Shown here in pieces: positions 1 through 10,500 of a stretch of 43,958 bases of DNA. The position numbers were made by a program, and so were the translations under genes. This DNA comes from Clostridia bacterium (GTDB lineage Bacteria; Bacillota; Clostridia; Christensenellales; UBA1242). The notes beneath the pieces were generated by a model. The model saw only the letters and a list, made by a program, of their open reading frames with translations. It did no database searches and was not told where the DNA came from. The stretch is taken from positions 1 to 43,958 of the forward strand of contig JBKSNA010000033.1 of NCBI GenBank assembly GCA_046882085.1. The letters run 5' to 3'. The first letter of the stretch is position 1, and the number at the start of each line of letters is the position of its first letter.

Positions 1-483
1 TTGTTGCTAGATATTACAAAATCGTAGTTATTTAAATTTAAATTATTGATGCCATATAGTTCTAGATAACGTGAATTTTCTAGATTCCAGCGCTCTGTTA
101 ATAATCGCATAGATTCGTTTAAGCTGGTAGTTTGTTCGGTATTGCGATTTGAAGACATTAGTCGTTGGCTGGCGGTGTCTAAGTCTACATCTATGAATAC
201 TTTAAATGAGTCTGGGATAAAGTGCCAAGCGAGTCTAGAGTCTATAATTATGTTATCGTTTAGTCGGGTCTTACCGATGTCGGCGATCTTATCGTCGATG
301 AGCTTGTCTATATCTTTAATGTTATCGTTTTTTTGGAAATTTAATATGTCTTGTCCACTTTGCTGAGAGAGTTCTCTAAACATGTCGCCTGTAGATATGT
401 ATTCAAAATTTTTATTCTTAGCGATAAGTTTGCACGCTGTTCCTTTGCCACTGCATGGTTTACCTGTAACTGTAATAATCATA
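1..483 (-). CDS. cytidylate-kinase-like P-loop NMP kinase (C-terminus runs off the window)
   Basis: Open at the window edge, so absent from the ORF track. The reverse strand from CAT 481-483 reads MIITVTGKPCSGKGTACKLIAKNKNFEYISTGDMFRE...IIDSRLAWHFIPDSFKVFIDVDLDTASQRL. This gives a Walker-A loop plus NMP-kinase motifs. Confidence 0.6.
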
Positions 484-774
484 TTAATCTCCTACTATTA
501 TTTCATCGCCATTATAATTACTGCCATTGTTCTCGTAGTATTCTAATTGTTGCTTTAGTTCTTCTATTTGTGCTTGTTGAGTTTTGATAATTTCATTATT
601 CTTGTGTATTGATACTAGTTGGAATACTAGGGTGCCGACTAGTGCTAGCACTGCTAGGATCGCTAGGAATATCACAAGCTTTACTCTTCCTAAGTTTTCT
701 TTCACTGAATCTTTTCTTCCTTTCTGATAATTTATTCTTGATATGATTATACCACTTGGTTTCAAAAAAGACAA
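484..774 (-). CDS. septum formation initiator, DivIC/FtsB-like
   Basis: Basic N-tail, one TM helix (LVIFLAILAVLALVGTLVF), then a coiled coil (IIKTQQAQIEELKQQLEYY). It follows yabP-yabQ as in Bacillus. The true start is uncertain because of the overlap with the yabQ-like ORF. Confidence 0.55.
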   Translation of the reverse strand: MSFLKPSGIIISRINYQKGRKDSVKENLGRVKLVIFLAILAVLALVGTLVFQLVSIHKNNEIIKTQQAQIEELKQQLEYYENNGSNYNGDEIIVGD

Positions 775-1051
775 CTATTTTATGATTAAGAATTGTAATC
801 CAATATATTCCTAAAATATACATGAAAAGAAGAGTGAATGAAAATATGCCAAAATTAAAATAAACTATAGAAAAAATAAATAAAATACCAAAAAATACAT
901 AAAAAACACTATCAAAAATGATTTTTATTACATTTTTTTGATATTTTTTCAAAAAAATAATACTAAATAAATTAGCGATAATTCCGCAGGTAATGCCAAT
1001 AAAAAGAAATAACAAAGAACAATTAAATTGATTTAAAGAAGAGAATATCAT
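596..1051 (-). CDS. yabQ: YabQ-like small polytopic membrane protein (spore cortex biosynthesis family)
   Basis: Several hydrophobic helices followed by a basic tail. Position directly after yabP, with a 4-nt start/stop overlap at 1048-1051. Confidence 0.5.
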   Translation of the reverse strand: MIFSSLNQFNCSLLFLFIGITCGIIANLFSIIFLKKYQKNVIKIIFDSVFYVFFGILFIFSIVYFNFGIFSFTLLFMYILGIYWITILNHKIVVFFETKWYNHIKNKLSERKKRFSERKLRKSKACDIPSDPSSASTSRHPSIPTSINTQE

Positions 1052-1332
1052 TTAAATATTTTCCTAAATAAAGATTCCTTTTCTTTGTGTTCTGTGTATC
1101 TAATAGAGTGTATTGTTCCTATGATTTCTGCGGTGCTTGTTTCATTGTCTAGTTTGCTTAATTCTAGATTGTTTCCACCAATAATTACTCCGCCTAGATT
1201 GGTGTCAAGTTGGATTAGATCAGGTTTGATACTAATTACTTTGTTTGTTCCTGATATTGTTAGATTGCTTTTGTTAATAAGTGTAAGGTGTTGATTTTTA
1301 TTTTCAGTTTTTTGTTCTTTTTGATTGTTCAT
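1048..1332 (-). CDS. yabP: sporulation protein YabP
   Basis: 94 aa. The pattern HLTLINKSNLTISGTNKVISIKPDLIQLDTNLGGVIIGGNNLELSKLD matches the YabP beta-rich family, and the synteny with yabQ/divIC supports it. Confidence 0.65.
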   Translation of the reverse strand: MNNQKEQKTENKNQHLTLINKSNLTISGTNKVISIKPDLIQLDTNLGGVIIGGNNLELSKLDNETSTAEIIGTIHSIRYTEHKEKESLFRKIFK

Positions 1333-1417
1333 AATTAATTATATTTTGAACGATAATTATTTATGTTGAAATCTGAAAATTATTAATGAATTATTTTTAG
1401 TGTTTGGCTATATTTAT

Positions 1418-1447
1418 TTGACAAATAATGACTTAATTATTTATAAT
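1418..1447 (+). promoter_or_regulatory. sigma-A type promoter of the giant lipoprotein gene
   Basis: TTGACA (1418-1423), 18-nt spacer, TATAAT (1442-1447). RBS AAGGGG lies 6 nt before ATG 1513. Confidence 0.6.
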
Positions 1448-1512
1448 TATATAAAATAATTTTATTAAAATATTTACAGCATTTTAGGTTAAATTATTCT
1501 TAAGGGGTCAAT

Positions 1513-4500
1513 ATGAAAAAAATTAGTAGCTTATTATTAATTTTGATAACGATGGTGTCGTGTTGTTTTTTGACAGCATGTGGTGATAAGTACTCGAAGT
1601 TAAAGATGACATTCGAATCTATTTCAGGCGAAACATTAGAAAGTGTTAATTTTGTGATCGATGATGATAATGAGTTTGGCGGTATAGATATGGGTGTTAG
1701 ATTTTCAGATATTGAAAAGAAACATATTGGCGAGATTGAGGTGAGATCTGAGCCGGAAGGTTTGATTACTGTATCTAATTACTCGCTTGTAGGCTCGTTG
1801 TATACATTTAGAGTCGAAGCTAATAGCGCAAGTGATAATGCAAAGTTGATTGTTAGACATATGTCATCTAATAAATCGCAATCTATTGATTTGACTATTG
1901 ACCAGAAATCCAAAAATATTAATGTTAATAACTCTAAATATGTGGTGGATATCTCTAACAAAGAATCTCGATATATAGATTTCACACAAATTCTTACAAT
2001 GTATCCTACCGGTAGTACTGATAAAATTCAATTTGCATTGAAAGATGGTGAAACTTTGCCTACGGGAATAACTCCGATAAAAAGAGATTCACAAGATCTA
2101 AATTATTCTGGATTTAGTTTTGCTGAAGATTGCGGCGTGGGCAATGTAAAAATTTATCCAATAACCACAATGCATGGTTATGAAGATACAAAATATGAAA
2201 ACGAAGTTATTACAATACACTTCATTGATGGTATCGAAGAGATTGGATTGGTGTCAAAAGAAGCTCCAGAAGATGTGGATAAGTATATCGGATATGGTTC
2301 AATAGAAGATCCTATATATTTATTAGCTAATGGTGGCGATGCTGATGTAGATTTGAGATCTTACATGGTTGGAGTACAGTATCTCGATGGATCAAACTAT
2401 GTGGACATTGGTACATATTTAGAATATTATACAGTTAATGCGGAATGTGATGACTCAAATGGTGAAAGTAATAACATAATGACTAGTGTGGTAGGAGATG
2501 GTGTGGTAGCGATCAGTGCTACAGCGCATACTAATAATCCTTTGGAAATAAATGTGTCTATTGTTCCAAATGGTTATGTGGGTGAAATTCAAGAAATATC
2601 ACAAAAACTGTACGTAAAAGGTGTAATGAGACCTAATACTGTCGAAATGTCAGATGGTTCAGATCTGATAGATTATGAACTTGATAGTGAAGATGTGCGC
2701 AACTATGAAATAGATGTGTACAACTATTATGAAGATAGTACGTTAGGTAAAAAATTCACATTCAAGTCTATTACATTTGGAGAGTCGCCAGTATTAGATG
2801 GTATGGATAAAATCCGCATTGTGATAAGTGCTGATTTGATCGATAATGATGGTAATATATATTTAAACGATACATTCACTGAAACTACAAACGCATCTGA
2901 ATTCAGATTAGAAAATGGAGATACCAAGGCTGTAGGCAGTAGTAGATATTTGTTAGATTTTCATTTAGAGACAGATGAGAGAGTGAGATTCTATTGGAAT
3001 GGAAAGAATATGGTGTCTGAACCAATAGACAATAATAGTAAGATATACATTATTACGAAAGGTCTTGCTGATGATCTCACTAAGCCAATAAGTGATCTAG
3101 AATTTGTGGTGTCGACCATTAATGAATATGGTAAAGAGGAATTGGGATATACATATTTATCTACAGCACAATCAAAACATATCAATGTAAATGTTAATAG
3201 AATGGAAGGTGTTAAAGCATTAGACGTGTATATGGCACTTGGTAATGATACTAAATACGAAACAATTAAAGATCCGGCAATGAATGTATTGAAGAATGCA
3301 TCTAAGATTTATATCAATAGAAATAACCTACCTGTATTAAATGGTGTGGAATATCCTTATTACTATCTCTATTTATCTAGTGATAGTGCTAAAGGTCCTA
3401 ATAAGAATACTGTAAATAATGTTGATTTTGAATTGAGTGTAACTGCAGATTCTAATAAAAATAATCCTTTGATATTGAGCGATGGTGTTACTGTTGGTAA
3501 TAGTGGTTTAGTTAGACATGAGACTATTAGTTACATTAAATTAAAATATTACAATACTACAGATGTGGGCGAATATACCATTAGTTTCATTCAGCCAGCG
3601 TCAGGATTTAGTAAGAGTATTAATATATATATTTACGAAACTATTTCCGATGCAGGATTGAGTGATTTAATTGATTTACCTACTGATGATAAGTTCTTCA
3701 AAAATAGTGGACTATATGATACGTACCTTAGTACGCCAGATCCTGTGGTATCGCCTGTAGTGCCAGAGTACGGAGAAGAGCCCGTAGAGCCTTTGTCTGA
3801 CGAGCCTAGTCCGTTCTATGATGTGTATATAATTAATTCGGGTAGAGCGTTCGATATAGAAATAATGCTAACTGATGCTTTGAAAGCATCTGAGAAGATG
3901 GGATTCATTGAAGGTTATGCATTTGAATATGATATGGTGAAGTATGATAATGAATTTAAGCCTGCTAATATAAACGGAATAGATCAATATTTTAGTCGTA
4001 GTCATACTAGTGCTACAGAGAATTATGCTAATATTAGTTTCAAGCAAGGCACGTATATTGGCGGTATTAGATTTGTCAAATTGACAGCAGAAGTATCAGT
4101 GAAGACATATACTGACGTTTTGACAGAGGGAGAATCTTTACCTATAACTTATGATATGTATTTCTTCATATATGATGAGATAAAAGACACGGATATTAGT
4201 CTAGATAGATCTACAGATACTGTGTATGCTAGAGATTATTTGGGAGTATTTGACAAAGAAGATAGTCAAATGTATCTTGATTTAGTATTAGATGAAAATT
4301 TATGGCATTATACACAAATCCAACAAGACGACAATAAGACTAAATGGGGAATTAATAGCAATAAGGTAATTAAAGATAGTATTACCGATACTCATGCGGA
4401 ATTGACCTTTAATGGAGATAATGACAATGCTCTATATCAGGTAGAAATTACTGCTAGTATCAAGCAATTTGGTCGTACATTTACTAAGACTTGTAAGATA

Positions 4501-7500
4501 ACAGTAAGAAGACCTATTATCACTGAGCGAGTAATTCTCAATAGTCATTCATACGAAGATACTAATGGACAAAGTTATATCTATATGAAGTTAGGCGAGA
4601 ACAATCCGTACAATGTAGAAGTAACTAACTATTCATCTTATGGATTGGTAACCAACCCTGGTGTAGAGATGATCGTAGTAGACGAGATGAATGTGCCTAG
4701 TGATCAATTTGTGATTACAGGAAATACTATCAATGCTAAGTTAGATGCAGAACCTGGAGATTATTATTTAATAATCTTCGCTAGAGACGCATTAAAGCTT
4801 GCTCCTAGTGTTAGTCATGGTGGTTATGATCACCCAGAAGACTTTATTATGGAGAGTGTAGGGCCTGGTGGCGATCAATATAAGAATGCCTTCTTTAGAT
4901 TGAAGATAAGTCTAGCCGATGGTAGTGAAGAGTATCCATACTTAATACATTCAGCTCAGGATTTTGCTAGTATAGAAGGCAAGTATAATTACAAACTAAT
5001 GAACAATATTAATCTCTCGTCGCTTCATGATTTCAAGGGTATTACTGAATTTAATGGTCGAATTTTCACTGAAGGAAGTGTTCGTACTATTGGTGGTATA
5101 AGACTTCACAATGACCTACCTAATATTATTACATCATTCGGCGGTGTAATGGAAAATATTATGTTCGAAGCAATTTTTGACTTCGTTAGCTATGATAAAG
5201 AAGGTAAATTGGGTATCATTGGTACCAATATAGGCGAATTAAGAAATGTTTTCGTAGATATTAGCGGTCAAGCTACTGCTACAAAAGATGTCTATCTAGG
5301 TGGTTTGGTCGGTCATAATGCGGTAAAAGAAAGCAAAGTCGGACTAATAGCATATACTGACAAAACAAAAGTAGGAGCGAACATTGATGTAAACTTAGGT
5401 GGCACAATTTATTTTGGTGGACTAGTAGGACTAAATGATGGTACTATTCAGGCTACTGCTAAGTCCAGCGAGAGTGTAGAATATGTTGATTTTAGCGTTA
5501 GTCTAGGAGATCAGGGATCAATAGCGAATGTGAATATAACAGCATTGTCAACGCTAAAAGCGGTAGGCGGTATAGTAGGTAAAAATACAGGCTATATTAC
5601 AAATGCATATGTTACAGGCATAATAGATGCTGGGGATACAGATAACGTAGGTGGAGCTATTGGTATCAATGAGTATTACACGGCGGATACAGATACCTCG
5701 ATTGAGGTTACGCTTTTAAAAGGTCCTGATGGTAAAGAACTTAATGCTATTGGATCAATTGGAAGAGTAGAAGATTATGACTACAAAGTATCATACATCA
5801 CATCTACGGTACGAATTTCTGCTCGTCATAATGTAGGTGGAATAATTGGATATAATAATTCAGGCATTATTACAGAGTGTCATTATCAGATCGTACCTAC
5901 AATACTAGAGATCAATAATGGTACTAAAGCTGTGGCAATAATTGGTAATAGTAATGTTGGCGGACTAGTTGGTAAGACTACTAATGGACTCGTTAGTTAT
6001 TCATCAGTATATAGTTATAGATGGGATTATAGCAAATTGGAAGATATTGATAATAATTATGATATTTCGGGTACTACGAATGTGGCAGGATTGGTCGGAT
6101 TGGCTCAGAGTGAGAATACCGAGATGCTTAGCACTAGCAATTATCACAAGTTATCAGCAATAATTTATTCTAGTGCCAATGGCAATGTGAATGGACATGG
6201 ATTGGCTAACTATAGCAGAGTCAATGCTAATGAGATAGAAGCAAATTATGTGCTAGCTACATTCAATGCTTACTTCTTGGGTAAAGGCGATATTGAGATA
6301 AATAGCATTTTGAATCAAAATGTGTATTTAAAGAAATATGATAATTCAAGCAATACATTAGTGAATACATCTATCGACAATTTTAAATCATCTCCAGGTA
6401 AAGATTACTGGGGAGATGGCAGTAAGTTTTGGGGAGATAAAGCTACTCTCAATGGTGGATATATATATGTAACTAGAGACGAGGGTGGAAAAAATTCACT
6501 CTTTGAAGTAGCGCCTACAGATGTTTCTGCAGTTGTGCGTGATGGCACATGCGATATAAAAGACAAAGAAGGCAACATTATAAAAGAGCCTAACTATACG
6601 ATAGCAGAAAATATTAATAAATTACTAGTACTGAATTATTACGATTTCAATAGTGCCGACATAGATATTGCGACATTAAATAATTTAAATAATGAACACA
6701 ATACTCATTCAATTCAAGATTATATTAGATTTGGTTATGCTCCTAGCGATCTATCTGGTGTGAGATTGTATATAGAGTCAAAAGATCCGTCTATAGTGTC
6801 TATAGAGTCAGCTGGCAAGATTCGTATCAATAGTACAGGTAAGACTACATTAAAATTCATATCTGTATTGAATCCTGCAATTACTACTGAGATAGATATA
6901 ATAGTCATTACTCCTATAGGAGATTATGAGGTTAGTGATAATCTAAACGATCCAAATATGTCTTCATTGTCTATAGCAAAGGGTAAGAGTAAATTATTGT
7001 ATAACTATACTAGCGGAGAGATAGATGGATATAGTTATGTTACTAATGCTAATCCATATCTAAACATATCGGTAGCGACTCCTAATGATGTAACATTGCC
7101 GGCTAATAAAGAGATATCTGACTACATTTTAATTATTGGTATTGATAATTCGCGTTTATCCAATACTTTACCATTTACTATCAAAGTGTTAGATACATTT
7201 GAGAATGCTAAATTTGAATTTACAGTAAAGCCTTATACCTTAATAAAATATAACGAAGTTGACTATTATATATATTCATCAATATATACAGAGGAGAATG
7301 AATTAGACACATTTGATCTATATATCGGCGAAGGTGGTACAGGTATATCTCTAAATTATAGTGGAGCATTGTTGTACCCAGCAGATAGGACTATTATTAC
7401 TGCATATTTAGAGACTGATTTACAATTAGATCAATCTAAGTACCAAGATGCTAAAGATAAGTTGTTGCAGTCTGCATTAATAGGTAATATAGATGTGTCT

Positions 7501-10500
7501 AGTATGATTAATGTAGTGTCTATAGGATCTTTAAATGATGATGGTGTGCAACCAATTTATTTTGAACTAATTATTGATGAAAATGAGTTTAAAAACGAGT
7601 CTAAATTCGATAAAATGACTACTATAGAATTGGTGTTCCAAGCAAATGAGAATGAAGATATTACGACTAAAGCAACATTTGATATATTACCGCAAAAAAT
7701 AGAGAAAATAGATATTAATAATTATACTAAGAATGGTACTGAGTGGGTACTAACAGATATGATCAAACCTGCTAGCAAAGAATCTCCAAATGGTTCATTG
7801 TTACGTATAGATATGGTTCCGATCAATGCCTATTTTGACTATCTAGAGATTAGAGATATTACAGGTAGTGAATTAATTAAATTCATCCAAGTGAAGAATG
7901 ATAAATTAGAAGCATTGGATCTAGTATTTACTGATGATGGATTAGGTATTAGATTGTATCCTCAGACCGATGATGATACTATCTATGTTCAGATGATGAT
8001 AGAGAGTACATATACTACTAAGGCGCATACGCTAGAAGTAACAGCATATGCATTAGGTAGCGATGGTACTGTATACAACTTGTATTCAGAGACTAAGCAG
8101 GTAGAAGCCAAAATGTTACCTAAGATAGAAACTACTTATGTATTGCCAAATGGAGTCAATCAAAATATCTCTAACGATGGTACTGTATACTTGGCGGCGG
8201 GTACTGATGCTGAGTTTAGAATAAATGTCACAGATGCTACTGCTCCTATGACTCATACTCTTACCTATGCAGATGGTACAGAATGCACTGATTATGAATT
8301 AGTACTTGATCAAGGTCTATTCTATATTCTCAAATATGTCGGAGATCCTATTAAGAGAGCTGAGTTGTTAGGTAAAACGATCAAACTCACACTTACTGCG
8401 GTAGCAGAAGAAGAGAATGGAGAGTATGAAGAAACAACACATACTATTAATTTCACTCTAGTAGAGTATCAAATACATAGCGTTAGTGTCAGTCCAAGCA
8501 TGAATGGTGATATTTATGGACTATTCAATAGACCGGTAGATTTATCATTCTATTTTGCACCTACAGATATTAGTTATTATGGTAGAGAGTCTAATAACAC
8601 AGAATATAGACACACAGATGATCGTACTAAGGCATCTACAGATAATGTGTTGAAATCTATATATGATATACTAGATGCTTTAAACCCAACAGGAAATGAT
8701 GTGCCAGAAAAGCAAATATCACCATCATCTAACGTGGTGGAATTCGATATGAGAGCAATAGATCAATCTAGTAATAAACAACTCACTATCAATGTGGTGA
8801 AAGAGACAAAGGACGGCGATGACATAATCTCATATGTAGGCGATGAAAAAATCATATTATCTCTATACCTAAAATTAGAAAATAATCTTTGGATTATTAA
8901 TGCAGCTCCAACTGAAGGTACGGAACCTACTATTAAGCAAGAATATGGATTGAATTTCATCGATCCTAGTAGTAAGAAAGAGCCAATCATCATCACTAGT
9001 GAAAAAGAATTCACAGAGATGGCGAGCGGACCGAATACTTACTATGCTCTAGGTAAAGATTTGGAGTTTTATGATTATGTTCCTCTCAATGTGAATGTAA
9101 CTGAGTTCGATGGTAACGGGCATAAGATTACTATTCGCGGATTCGTGGATAGCGAGAATGCAGATGTGAAGTTAGGTGTATTTAGCGAGATTCCAGCTGG
9201 AATGCTTGTCAAGAATCTAACAGTAGAATATCCTGCAGATAGTATTGGTTATGTAAGAGAGGGTAATAGCATTTATAGATACCAAGATCTAACAGATAGT
9301 ACAGCAGTGAATTATACAGCGGTTAGTTTTGGTGGAATCGCTAGCGTCAATAATGGTATCATTACTAATTGTAAAGTAATGGGTACGATAGCAGTACACG
9401 CATCAGTATTAGAGAGTCGTGGTGATGCTATGACTATTGGTGGATTGGTAGCTACTAACTCAAGTACGGGATATATCACACATTCAAGTACCGAACTCAA
9501 TATATATTCTCAGTCTAACATTGGTGGATTGGTGTATGAGAATGCGGGAACTATCGCATCGTCATATAATAAGAATGCTAAAATATATGCGTACAACAAA
9601 AATCTCTCATCAAGTATTATTGTCAAGGTGGCGGGATTTGTTGTAGATAACAGCGGTAGTGTGTCTATGTCATACATAGAGTTGGACAATGGTTATGAGA
9701 TGAGTGCTAAGGATATATCTGCGGGATTCATATTGAATAATTCGGGAGATGTATCTGATTGTTACAGCATTATCAGTAAGATCAGTTATAGTACTAATAG
9801 TAACTATTTCTCAGGATTTGTAGACACCAATAGTGGTAGAATAGAGAGATCTTATTCATACATTAATGCTGGACAAAGAGAAGACAACAATATGTTTATG
9901 TTCTTTAGAGCGGGACAGAATTCTGGTGAAATGACAGAGTGTATTGAAATAGTGAATAGTAATAACTATTCTCAAGTGGAAAAAGGATTAGACTATGTGT
10001 CATACTCTAATTCTAGATCTCAGTTTATTAATAGTGGATATTCCTTCGGCAATAATCTCAATATTAATAACGGAGCAGTGTGGACATTTGAGTTTGGATT
10101 ACCAAGATTGGTGTCTACTAAAGAGAACATTAGAGAAGAATTTGATCCAGATGGCGAAGGCGATGAATATGTCGGTAGATACATTATCTATAAAAAGATA
10201 ATAGAAGAGACCGAAGATGGTGAGAATACTAAGTATGTAGAATATCTATCACGCTATGGTACTAAAGATAATCCATTCATTGTTCATGACATTAATTCAT
10301 GGAATGAATATATGATGGACTATGCTATTGGTGGAGTGAATACTAATTACTTTAGAATAGTCGCTGATATTGACTTCTCAGGCGAGAAAGATAATCCTAA
10401 GACTAGTACATTGGTATTCGCGGGAGATATTCAAGGTAACAATATGACTCTAAGTAATATCATACTTAAGTCAAATAATACCTTGTCTAGTATAGGATTA

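Noticed and set aside
484-774. The 179-nt overlap between the yabQ-like ORF (596-1051) and the DivIC-like ORF (484-774). It could mean a frameshift or a fused gene.
   Set aside because: It cannot be resolved by eye. The YabQ tail past its TM region is unstructured and basic, and DivIC may start at a later codon. I list both ORFs at reduced confidence and make no claim about an anomaly.
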